A stretch of 64,000 nucleotides of DNA, from contig OZ316892.1 of NCBI GenBank assembly GCA_973895155.1, forward strand, positions 23,165,168 through 23,229,167, written 5' to 3'. The notes beneath the pieces are model-generated. The model did no database searches. It was not told where the DNA came from and worked only from the letters and a program-made list of their open reading frames with translations. The stretch is from Marsupella aquatica. Taxonomy: Eukaryota; Plantae; Marchantiophyta. The translations under genes were made by a program, and so were the position numbers. Positions 13,301 through 24,732 of the stretch are shown here, piece after piece. Within the stretch, counting starts at the first letter, position 1, and every line of letters begins with the position of its first letter.

Positions 13301-14600
13301 CCGTTTCTCGACTCTTCTCCTTCGCGAGTTCTTTCTCTTTGTCTTTGACCTTGTCCTGTCGTCGTCTCTCCGCTTCTCTTTCCCTTCTAAGTTCTCGCTC
13401 GCGCTCTGCAGCTGCTTCTCTTTCACTCTCCTTCTCAGCCTCCAGCTTCTCATCTCGCAGCCTTCTTTGTTCTTCAACGAGTCGAGCGACTTCTTCTCTT
13501 TGTCTCCTCTCTTCTGCATCAAGCTGCTCCTTTTCTAACCGTGCTTGGCGCTTCTCCTCTGCCTTTCTACGTGCCTTGTCCCCCCTACTACCTTGAGAAA
13601 TGCCACTATCATCTCCTTTCTTCTGTCCCACTCGCCGGCCTCCACTCAGACTTCCATCTTCTCCATCCCTATCTCTTCTCCAGAGTTTCCTCCACACCCA
13701 TTTCAGGCAGAAAAAGATAAAAGACAAGGTCTGAAATAGGGCATAGAAGAGACCCCCTTGATGCGGATCGCCCGCAACGCAGCTCTCGCTTCCAAAAAAA
13801 CCTCCTCCACCGCCACCATAACTACTGCCTCCTCCCCAGTTCCCTCCTGGTGCCGTTCCTCCTCCCCAATATGCTGTGCCTGTATTTGCCCAGCCCTTCC
13901 CAGACAAGTTGGTCGAATTCCAGGATCCACTACCACCCCCCCAACCAACTCCGCCTCCCCCTGGCGTCCATCCCTTGCTGCTGTTTGTCCATCCCCTACC
14001 CCCCTGCCCCCAGCCTCCTCCCCTGTCTGGCCATCCCCTCCCTGCCCATCCTCCTCGGGAAGTTCGTAGTCCTAGAAAGCTTCCTGCCGCTGCTGCAGAT
14101 CCCACCCCAGCACCCCCATTCGGAGCTTGGTGATGAATGCTGCCTCCTGCTGGCATTGGACCACCAGGGGCCATGCTGCCCTCCGATCCTACCCCTGGCA
14201 CATCCAGAACAGGGCGTTTGGATATATGCCCACAAAATGTACACATGAACTTACCACCAACCGGAGTCTGGTCTCGGTATGGCGAAAGGCAGTTGCGGCA
14301 GCGACGAGTTGCCTCCTTCCGCCACTTCGCAGCCTCCTGCGCCTCAATTCTCCTGCGTTCTCTCTGCTGTGCGCTTCTTTTCGCCCGCCACATTGACAAC
14401 CGCGGCATTGCGAGCTCGTACCATCCCAAGCTAATTAATACTACACCTACGCAGGCTAATCTTGGAGAAGTCACTTCGAACCGGAACCCGGGGGGCAGCA
14501 GCTGAGAGAGGGCCCAGAGAATGATGAGAGGGATAATGAACCAAGGGAGCATCGTCACTATGCGACGCGACCACCTTGATGCCACACACAGAATGCACAT
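10358..14600 (-). CDS. Membrane-anchored 'stress response NST1-like' (At3g51640/At3g51650-type) protein with C-terminal U-box; exons 14600-12687, 12028-11016, 10511-10358 (~1026 aa)
   Basis: N-terminus MCILCVASRWSRRIVTMLPWFIIPLIILWALSQLLPPGFRFEVTSPRLAC and CRNC..CTFCGH zinc ribbon are typical of this plant family; also a K/E/R coiled coil, PWQRLF and WQMW motifs. Donors ACT|GTAAGT (12686) and CA|GTAAG (11015) and acceptors TTGCAG|, CCACAG| are in phase. Splicing reconstructs a complete U-box: [48 protein letters not shown]...LRPNHILRGQIIEY. An extra small exon near 12400-12500 is not excluded. Confidence 0.85.
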
Positions 14601-15365
14601 TCTGCACCCCACCACCCAATTTCCGATTCTCCCTGTACTTTCCTAACCCCTAAACAACTCCGCCCTACGTCTCTGTCTATTTACTGACTGCTCTTTTCTC
14701 TTCCACTTGCCCGGCTCCTAGATTGCTCTGACGTCGGAAATTGTTGCCATGCCACCTTTCTGCAGGGTAAGGGAACAACGACGAATTATCAGACCAGTCA
14801 AAAGGATTACCTCTTTGTCGGCGTGGGGGGAGATGGAGAGACAAAGAGACGGAGAAGGAGAGAGTCATTCTGTAGTGATGATAACAAGGAGCGAGAGAGA
14901 GAGAGGGAGAGTCGAACAAAGGGTGCAATTGGCCCTTGTCAAACTCCCTAACCCCAAGAGCAGGACAGAACAAAAGAACACAACATGATTATACAAGGTG
15001 CGCCAGGCGTGGCTAGCAATGCGATGCAAAGGGACACATAAAATGCCATGGTATGGCATACTTCTCCCCGAATCATGCTTCTGCTCCGGCGAGACCATCC
15101 CCAACAGTGAGGGAATGAAGCGAGGCACTCAAAGTACGCATTTAAGATAGTAGGGGATTGAGCAAGCAAGTAGCAGGCGTATCTCCAGCAGAAAGGAAAA
15201 AGAAGGAAAAGAGTAACATGGAAGGGACTGGAGAAGACAGCAAAATCAGACCAAAGCAGCAACGACCAGGACAGAACACGTCCCATCCCCACGCAGAGCA
15301 GACCTAAAAAACGAGAAATCCCACACATCTTCTTTGAATGATAGCCACAAAATGCCTACTGGAGA

Positions 15366-16076
15366 TTGCCACACCATCCACGCACGCAGGCATTCATCCA
15401 CAAACACACCTACCAGCGCTTGGTTAGGGTTCCTTGCGCAACAGAAGAAATCCTCAGAACACACTTCAATTCCTCCTCGGTGGTCCGCACCACCTCGACC
15501 ACCACCGCCACCACAATGTGAGGAAACACCAAAAAGAATACAAGTATTGTTACAAGACGATATACTCATTGATCGTCCAACTCCAACGCTCCTCGAAATC
15601 GACCAACCTCTGTCCAAATCAATCAATTCCCTCCTTTCCTGTTTCCTTTCCTCCCCCTGCTCCTCTTCCTTTCCTCCTCCTACTTCTCCTCCTCTCTAAT
15701 ATAATCCACACCTTCCCAAGGTCCCTGTCCACCAATGCCCCTCCTCCTCCTCCTCCGTTCCTTTCTCTCGCCCTTTCTCTTTCTCTTCCTCACGCCGTGT
15801 TTCCCTCCGCCTCCTCTGCCTCCTGCTCCAAATCTACACAATCACCCTGCACAACCTTCTCTCCTCCTCCTCGTACCCCGTCGTCTCGTCTCGTCTCGTC
15901 ACGTGATCCGATCCTGTCCCGTTCCGTCCCGAGGCAGCAGCAGCAGCAGAAGCAGCACACGAATGAGTTTCCACAATTCCTCTCGAGCTGACGATTTGTC
16001 GATCCGAACAGTATCAATCAATTGTCTGTCTGTCATTCGATGTCAATCCCATCCAATTCCTTTCTCATCCCTCCGC
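15366..16076 (-). repeat. Copy A of a ~710-bp inverted duplication (probable 5' leader of the U-box gene)
   Basis: The reverse complement aligns along its length with 32413-33136, e.g. GGATGAGAA(A)GGAATTGGATGG...ATCGGATCACGTGACGAGACGAGACGAG...GTGGATGAATGCCT. Confidence 0.95.
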
Positions 16077-16259
16077 TTCCCCCCCCCCCAGTCCCCCAGT
16101 CCCCCACCCCCCTTCCTCTCCCCTCGCTTTCCTCTGTCTCTCCGTCTTTTCCCTTTCTTTCTGTGGCGACGACGATCTTCAGCACCATCATCCCCGTACG
16201 CACCGTAAAGCGGACGGGCCTCAATCAATCAAAAATCAATAATCGATAATAATAATAAT

Positions 16260-16500
16260 AGTCGGCCTTCGGGTTAAAATCTAACCCGAGACCCAACCGG
16301 AGCGGACAGAAACACTTCCGACGTGGCTTGGCCTTTACGTTTCTGTTGTCGATCATGATAAGGCTCCTCCCAGGCTCTCCTCTCCTCCCTCCCCTCCCCT
16401 CCCCCCCCCCCCCCCCTTCGCCAGTGCCTGCCCCAGCCCCTCCCGTCTAGGGGCCCCCCTAGTGGCCCTCCGTCCTGCCCTTTCGCGACCTTGGGGGAAA
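16260..16500 (-). promoter_or_regulatory. Probable core promoter of the U-box gene: GC-rich, ACGTGGC G-box-like site, long C tracts (G-rich on minus strand)
   Basis: GACGTGGC at ~16320 and C-runs at ~16385-16445, located just upstream of the CT/GA-rich leader. The TSS was not determined. Confidence 0.4.
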
Positions 16501-17029
16501 GCTCCAATCGCCAATCCCCGACGACTGATCAGTCCCTGCCCCCACCAGATGCGTCCGCGCTTCTAAATTTGGCCACCCGCGTCTCTCGGCACCAGGGTTG
16601 TTTTCCAGGTTTCTCCATTTTAGCTGGGGTGGCAACTGTCATCTTGTGTAAGTCGAAGATGCTAAAATCAGTCATTGTTTAGGGGTAATATTCCCGGTTT
16701 CTCCTTTTCAGCAAGGGATTGCAAAGCACCCTATGTGAGTAGAAGATATACTAAGCATATTACTCCTTTTAATTTGGGGAATATTTCAGGTTAGATCTCC
16801 TTGGGTTTTGGGATAGTAGTTGGAATCTGGCCTAACCTGTCCAAGGGCGACTAAGGCTAGGTGGGAAACTGGGTAATCAAAGACACAAAAATTGGTGACT
16901 CCATTTTGGCTAATTCTTTAAAAAATTCTATTTTCCTGAGATGTGTAATTTGGCAAGTTTTAGTCACTGGAAAAGTTGTTCTCCCTAGCCATAGACCCCA
17001 TTGGCCAGAATCTCATGGTTATCCTTAAA

Positions 17030-17920
17030 TCTATATAAATCTTAAATTAGGGGAATGAGGTAAGTCATATTCGTAGCTTTCTCTCCATTCACCACCCTGG
17101 AGTAAAAGACAAAACCTTAAAATTACCCTGTCCCTCGCCGCGTCAGTCCCTAGCTACCTGCTCCTCTCGTTGGCGGTCGCGCCAAGTAGGCACAGAGGTA
17201 CGGCTCCTGGTCGTGCGCCTTGCACCGTGGTAAACTAGCATAGTCAACCCTGTCGGTGAAACGCTCTCGTGGTTGGAACTTGGAAGGCAAGGCTAAACTA
17301 GGAGTCATACTGTAGTTAGTTAGACGCAGGGGACGGGCTATATTCCATTCTCATACGATCTCGCCACCACTTTTGCGAAATTCGATTATCGTGGCAAACA
17401 GTCACTATATACGCCAACGCAGTGAAATACGATACGTTTCTGGCTAATAATACAGTAGGGAGAAATACGCAGACATTGGTACTGTACATTGTGGCCAACG
17501 CCGTCTAAAATTAACACCGCCCTGACTCCGCCCCCCAACCCAGACACCCAGACACCCAGTCCACGGGTGGGGGCTGGATGTCGGCAGTGCCGCCTGTCTC
17601 CGCCCCCTTGCTGCCGTCGGTCTTCATTGGCCGCATCTGTCTGACGTCTGGTGACCAGCGGGTATTCGGCTCAATATGCCATTTCGGACGCCACGTTGTC
17701 GGGCAGGGCCCCGCTATCTTTTAGCGTGCTGGGTAAACATGCCCGTCCCTCACCTTGCCACGTTAAGTTCGGGGGAGCATAAAGCACCAGCCGCTTTGGC
17801 ATTGACATGTGGCTATCCCTAGCAGGATTGGATTGATTGGAGTGGTACATATCTAGCCTTAGGACGAGTCAGGCTTGTGGGGGTCCAGCACCCATTGCCT
17901 TAATGCCCCAGCTTTGCTAG
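17030..17920 (+). mobile_element. Putative non-autonomous Helitron
   Basis: Starts A|TCTATATAAATCTTAAA and ends GCTTTGCTAG|T, with a GC-rich weak hairpin just upstream (GGGTCCAGCACCC). No TSD, consistent with an A|T insertion site; no coding capacity. Confidence 0.5.
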
Positions 17921-19628
17921 TATATAGATGTCTATTTCCAAGTTCCATGGCCAACCATATCGAAAAATAGGTAGTCCATTTCCAAATCCACTCCAACAAT
18001 ATTTGGTGCCAGAGTCACAGTCTCGAGATTTCATTCTAGACCCTAGGCCCTCATCCTAACTTCTGGTCGAAGATTTTAAAACTTCTTAAAACTTCTGGTC
18101 GGTAGATCTTGAAACTTGTCAATCTAGTGTCAAACTTGAGACCCTTGATGTGAAAGCCTAGAAGATCAGTGCCATTGGATGGATGGAGAATAGTTTTACA
18201 ACATTCCTTACTTGGTGGTCTGTACATTCATTTTATTAGTATTTTCATGATTGGTGCTACATGTGAAGAAACTTCTGAAAACTATGGGCGATATCTTAAT
18301 AATTAATTATTAAACTCTTTACCATGGACTTGCATGACATGAATCCTGTGAATAAGGGGCAGTTTACACAGATTCTTTATAATAAACTGTATTCACGGAG
18401 TTGCCTTAGTGAGCAGTCTCACCAAAAAAATTGGAATTTCCCAAGTTTCACTGGGGCAAAAGTGAGAGGGCTGACCTCTATGCCAGAGTTATCTCCTTCC
18501 GATTGACCTGATCCAGTCTTCAGTGGACTAAAGAGCTATAATCGTACCTCAAGCACAAGTAGGACTTGTGTTATTAATTGTAGTGTGGTTGTTAAAGTAC
18601 AGGCCCCCATTGGAATGAATGAAATCATTTTGCAGTCCTTCCCTTCAACCCCACATTTCATATAAAAAATGCAAACATGTGAGGGGGGTTTTAGCTGTTT
18701 GCAAGCTACTTGAGATTCCCTTCAACCCCAAATTTCATGTCAAGAATCGAAATTTACACTTTAACTTGCAATCAAAGTCTATTTTTCAATGACCTAGTCC
18801 ATAAACGGCAACCATAAGTTGTAAATATCTGGGTAAAACAAAGTATATCTTAACTATGTTTGTATTTAGGGAAGAACACAGGAACCCTTTTGCTATTTGG
18901 CTCTATGGCTTGTTGGCTCTTGGGTTTTCCCAATTTTGCACTTTATTTTCCCATTTTGTTGGGTTTTTGGCCTTTTGGATCATGTCGTCTACTTAGCAGT
19001 TTTTGTTCCTTTGCTGTTGTATACATATCTCCTTTGTATATCAGGCAACTCATATCTTTCTTTGGCACTACTTTCGCTTTAAGAAAATTAAAAAGAGAAG
19101 AAAAAAAAAAGGCACCTTGCGTAGTGGTAAACCATCCAGTTCAAGTCTCTTGTAGTACCTTTGTAGGACCTTTTCAAACGAATGACGCGAGTGTCTGTTG
19201 ACCCAAGAGGACTTCTTCTCGAGTAGAAAGTCTGCATTGACGCAAGATTATTTATGTGCACATGGAAAATTAATTCATTCCAATTTTGATGCGTTCTCCC
19301 AAATAGTGTTGGTTTTTCATTCCATTGGACGTAACTGTACTGTTTCGTCTCAATTCCAGCGAATCTATTTCTCTGAAGATCACCTCGGAAGAAACGGCGA
19401 AGCATGTCCCATTCATTTTGTTTTATTATTTTTTAAGCCAATGACCTCCATGCCCTTTTAATTTTATTTTATTTAGAGTAACTTCAATCAGATTCTCTTT
19501 GAATGTACGACACATGCCTTTGGTTTTAAGGTTGGAGCTGAAAGGAAGATCTGGCTATTCCTCAAAAAGGTGAGATTAGTTTTGTGTGATGTGATATGTT
19601 GACCTTCTGTGGTGGGTTATATTTTGCT

Positions 19629-19735
19629 TGTTTGATGGTGATAACAATGGTATCAGTATAGTCTCGGTAATGGTACATATGGTGGTGCCGGGATGACCGG
19701 CTGATCTGGTCCTCCGGTCAAGGTAGAGTCTAACA
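19629..19735 (-). repeat. 3' LTR (107 bp)
   Basis: Direct repeat of 26672-26778; single difference GATCTGG/GATCCGG. Confidence 0.95.
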
Positions 19736-20046
19736 CTCCCCTTTGGATATATAGTGCAACTATATAGACAACATAGACTATACCTAAATTATATCATGTT
19801 CATAGGGGTACATGATATAAGTACAATCGAGGTAGATTGCCTCGTTAAAAAACCTTTATCAACTCTAGCTTAGTAAAAACTCTACCAGTGTAGCAGAGAA
19901 AAATATGAGTGCTAAAGGAAAAAGAGTGCAGCCTAACAGTCCTCGTCGTAATAAATGTCAATAGTAAATAAAGTTAGATGTTATAATAAATCTAGCTTTA
20001 ATATTTGTCTGATCAGTCGGTCGTCAACAGCATGTCGTCTGCATCA

Positions 20047-23000
20047 TCAAGTATCATGTGGAGTAGCAGCCTCCACGGTCATCATGCGTCGCACGCTCCG
20101 TAGTCCAATCGCCTGGCAGTGTCGGTGGTGAACTGATGGCGATAGTGATTTGGTGAAGAGATCCGCACAGTTGTCTGCACTTGAAATCTGCAAAATGTTG
20201 ATCTCTTTTCCATGTAACTCGTGGGTGTAGAAAAATTTCGGAGCTATGTGCTTCACGCGATCGCCTTTGATGAATCCTTTCGTGATCTGCTGTATACATG
20301 CTGCGTTATCCTCAAAAATGTTAGTAGGCTTCGTTAGTGGTGGTAGGCCGCATTTGGTGTTGATGTGGTTTATAAAGGATCATAACCAAACGGCTTCACG
20401 ACTAGCCTCATGTAGAGCTAAGATTTCTGAGTGATTTGTGAGGTTGCTGTTAGGGTTTGTTTCACGCTTTTCCAAGAAAAAGCGGTACCCCCTATAGTAA
20501 AAACGTATCCGGTTTGGGATTTTGCGGTATCAGTGTCGGAGAGATATCCGGCATCCGCATATCCTATGAGTTCGTGGTTTGCACCGAATGGGTAAAATAA
20601 CCCTGTATCGGTTGTGCCACGTAGATACCTAAATACGTGTTTAACTCCGTTCCAGTGTCTGGCTGTGGGAGTTGCACTATGTCTGGCTAGTAAGTTAACT
20701 GCAAATGCAATGTCTGGTCTGGTCTGATTTGCTCGGTACATTAATGCTCCTATTGCAGAAAGATATGGAGTTTCTGGTCCTAATATAGGTTCATGTTTTT
20801 CGCGCTTACATCAGTGTTGTTTTCTAATGAACGTACAACCATTGGTGACGTCAATGGGTGTGCTAGGTTCATATTGAACTGTTTTAGGATCTTTTCCGTT
20901 TGTGTTGTCTGATGGAGCATCATGCCAGTGGGTAGGATCTCTAGTTGTAAGCCTAAGCAAAAGTTTGTATGTCCAAGGTCTTTCATCTCAAATGTGGATT
21001 TAAGACTGGTAATAGTATCTTCTGTAAGTTGGGGTGTCCCAAATATATTTAAGTCATCAACGTAAATAGAAACGATGACATATTCATCATCCACATCTTT
21101 AATAAATAAACATGGTGTAATGGCATCATGGGAAAAACCCATGGCAATCATTTCATCAGTAAATCTTTGATACCATACTCTGCCACTTTGTTTCAGGCCA
21201 TATAATACCTTCGACACACGGATAGCTAGTCCGCGGTGAGTATTCCATACGGTTGACACAGTGGTGTCATTATTATGAGTTACGTGTGTAGATGACACAT
21301 GAGGTGTAACTTGAGATAATTGTGTGATAATCTTATGTAAATATGGGATGTGTGATTTAGCGCCTTGAGCTAAAGCTCGGCGACGTTGCTCCAACTCAGG
21401 AGGTGATCGCATATATAGACAAGTGTCTAACGTTCCATATAGATATGCGGTTGCAACATCCAGTTGTCGCATCTGTAATTGATGGAAAATGGCAAATCCG
21501 ATAAGGTATCGGAATGTTGTGCTATCCATAACCGGTGAGTAAGTTTCATCGTAATGAACTCCCGGTTGTTGGGTAAATCCTTTCCCTACCAGACGTGCTT
21601 TATAGCATACAACTTGGCCTTTATCATTTCTTTTGCGGACAAATGTCCATTTGTAGCCAATTAGGTGTACGTCTTGTGGTGTTGGCTTGACTGGGCCAAA
21701 AGTGTGTCTGCTGAGTAGGGAATCTAATTCTCCATTTATAGCTTTTTGCCATTCAGGCCAATCTGGTCTGTTTTGGCATTCTAAGATAGATATTGGTTCG
21801 GGTGTATCGTCAGTGATATGTGTTGCCACCATTAATGCAAAAGCATCATCTATTGAAGTAGTATTTCTATCCCACATTGCACCTGTGTGTGCGTAGTGGA
21901 TAGAGATCTCTTCATGAGATGTAGGTTCGGTATGATCGACATCAGGTGAAGGTGGTATAGATGAACCACGCCTTCTTGGTTGTTTATCTTTTGATCCCAA
22001 CGGTCTGCCTCGTTTGGCACGAGGTTGGGATGTATTTACTGGCTCACTTGATAATTCGATGCGAGCAGATGCTCTCGCAGCTGGAATATGTGAGCGGCTA
22101 ACTTGGGATGTATCGACGAAAGCGTCGGGAAGTTCTTCCACAATCTTGTGGAGTTGTAAAATTCTTTGAACTTCTTTCTCCCCTTGATTCGTTCTAAGGT
22201 CTTGCCAAAATGGCGAGTGTTGTTCCCACTCCAAAGGTGGTTGAGGGTGTTTAGGCGTTATTAATGGTGGGTAAATGTGTTCGTCAAAATGACAATCTAG
22301 AAATCTGGCTTTAAAAACATCGCCAGTTGTGGGCTCCATATATCGGATTATGGACGGTGAGTCGAATCCGATGTATATCCCCAACTGTCGTTGGGGTCCC
22401 ATCTTGGTTCGTTTAGGTGGAGTAATGGGGACCATTACTTGACATCCAAATGAACGAAGATGTGATAGGTTAGGTTTAATACCGTTAGCTATTTGGTATG
22501 GGCTATAGGTATTAAAAGCCGATGGGCGATATTGGATTAATGCATTCGCCTGTAATATGGCGTGTCCCCATGCTGAGACGGGGAGTTTTGACTGCATTAG
22601 TAATGGACGTGCAATTAACTGAAGGTGTTTAATTACCGCTTCAGCTAATCCATTTTGGAAATGCACATGAGGTACAGGATATTGTACGTCTATGCCAAGT
22701 GATGTACAAAAGTCATCAAACGTTTCGGATGTGAATTCCCCTGCATTGTCTACCCTTAGTGTCTTAATGGGGTGATCGGGGAATTGTGCTTTCACGCGCA
22801 GGATTTGCGCCAAAATACGAGATATAACCATGTTCCTCGTTGAAAGCAGTGTCACATTTGACCATTTGGTTGATGCGTCAATTAAAACCATAAAGTAGCG
22901 GAAAGGTCCGCTTGGTGGGTTAATTGGCCCGCAAACATCAGCATGGATTATTTCCAAGAATTGGGGTATTTTAGTTGGCAATTTTGATGCCGTGGGCCTT

Positions 23001-24732
23001 GTTATTAACTTGTCGCGTGAGCATGCAGTGCATGGAGTGCTCACTGGGATGTGGCGTGTATTGATTGGAATGCCACTTGAATTCTTAATGATTTTTGTTA
23101 GCATTGATTGGCCGGGGTGGCCGAGGCGTGCATGCCATAGTGCATGCAATTCGCTTGTATTGGCGTTGTTATGCAGGCATTCAATGTGTGTTATATAAAA
23201 CCCGCAGGGATACGAGAAAAGTGTCTCTTTAATTATTTTCCCTTTAAGGGTATTTTCAACCAAGTGAATGACCTCTTGGTCTCTGGTATCGCCCGTTTGG
23301 ACATGTAGCCCATTTGCTCGTGTATCTCTAAAGCTAAGGAGATTACGAGTTGCGTGTGGGGCGAAAATGGTAGATTCTATATGTATTTCCGTACCCTGCG
23401 GGAGTCTAATGGAGGCTGGGCCGAAGCCCTCTTCTATTTGACTAGGACCATTTATAGTGGTCAGGGACCTACGTGATGGTGTAATCGTGTGAAAAAGGTG
23501 TTTATCCCGGAGGATAGTGTGTGTGGTCGCACTGTCGATAATACATGTGCTTGGGCTATTTAAATCTGGTGTAGTGGAGCTACTTGCCACTAAGTGTGCC
23601 TCTGGTTGGGCAGGTAGGTCTGAAAAGTCTTGGAATGGGTCGCTAGATTCCATAAACGCCCCGTGGGTTTCACGGGGTGGTGGTCTTGAGGTTTGTCTAT
23701 CCTGGATGGACCGTTGATATAAATCTCTAAGATGTTGCGGGATTCTACAGTTTCTCGCGAGGTGGTTTGTCATGCCACATTCATGGCATTTCGGTCGTTC
23801 CCGTTGTTGTCGGGGTTGTGACCGATCATTCCTACGGTTGTTGTTGTATGGTCTACCACCACCGCGTCCACCGCGTCCACCTCGTCCACCGCGTCCACCT
23901 CGTCCTCCGCGTCCGCCGCGTCCATCATGTCCTCCACGTCCTCCGCGTCCTCCACGTCCACTAAAGGACCGTCTGAAATTGTGTTGTGGGCGTTGGTTAA
24001 AGAAACTCCCCCTGTTGGGGTTGTTTCTATGGTTGCCATTCCTACTGCGCTTAATGCCCTGCCTTGATGTGGAGGGTTCAGCGGTGTCGGTAAGATGTGT
24101 TTCACTCTATGATCCTGAGGGCAGTGTGCCCGCAGGACGTTTTCTAGAGTTAACTAAAAGGAGTTCTTGGTTTCTTTCTGTGACTAGGAGATGGGCTATG
24201 AGCTCGGAGTATTGCCCGAACTTCATGTTTCGATACTGTGTTGATAGCCACACATTCGATGAGTGAAATGTCGACAAGGTCTTCTCTAGCAGATCCTTGT
24301 CCGTGACCGGCTCGCCACATAGTGCGAGGGTTGAGGATATTCTAAAGAGTTCGCTATTGTAGGCTGAAATTGAGGTGAAGTCCTGGACCCGCAGGTTGAG
24401 CCAGTCTTGTCTGGCTCTAGGTAATTCGACCAGTTTCTGGTGGTCGAATCGGGTCTGTAGGGCTGTCCATAGTTCCCGAGGGGTTGAAAGGTGCATGTAT
24501 TGTCTCTGGAGGAATCTATGGATGTGGCGTCTCAGGAATACTAGGGCTTTTGATTCGTTGGCTTTAGTTAATGGGTCTGGTTGGGGTTCGCCAGCTAGTA
24601 TAGGTTGAGTCATCCCTATAGCTGGGAGTAGGGTTAGCGAGGTTAGGTTTTCTTTTAGGTTCATGGACCATTCTAGGTAGTTGCCGCCATCTATTCTAGG
24701 GCGGGGAAGTTGAGTTTCTCAAGGTTGGCCAT
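20047..24732 (-). pseudogene. Disrupted gag-pol polyprotein of the copia element
   Basis: MANLEKLNFPAL..GGNYLEW gag start, RGG repeat, CHECGMTNHLARNC zinc knuckle, protease IIDSATTHTIL, GAG-pre-integrase WHARLGHPG, integrase HADVCGP/RVDNAGEF/QNGLAE, RT YGLKQSGR/YVDDL, RNase H GYADAGY/SADNCADLFTK. Lesions: frameshift ~24690, TAG at 24107, frameshifts ~20810 and ~20440, TGA ~20380. Confidence 0.95.

Noticed and set aside
15334-15699. 121-aa ORF also present at 32791-33156, suggesting a conserved small protein
   Set aside because: Antisense to both host genes, low complexity, non-ATG starts; shared simply because the DNA is a recent duplication.
18870-19110. T-rich tract ending in poly(A), possibly a LINE 3' end (similar tract at ~30520-30640)
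   Set aside because: No coding remnant or convincing TSD, so not called.
19648-19660. TGGTATCAG within the LTR, resembling a tRNAiMet PBS
   Set aside because: Wrong strand and position relative to gag-pol; the true PBS abuts the 5' LTR at ~26657-26671.
23770-24266. PPR-repeat and DAVDE-repeat ORFs
   Set aside because: Alternative frames and antisense of the gag (GGR)n tract.
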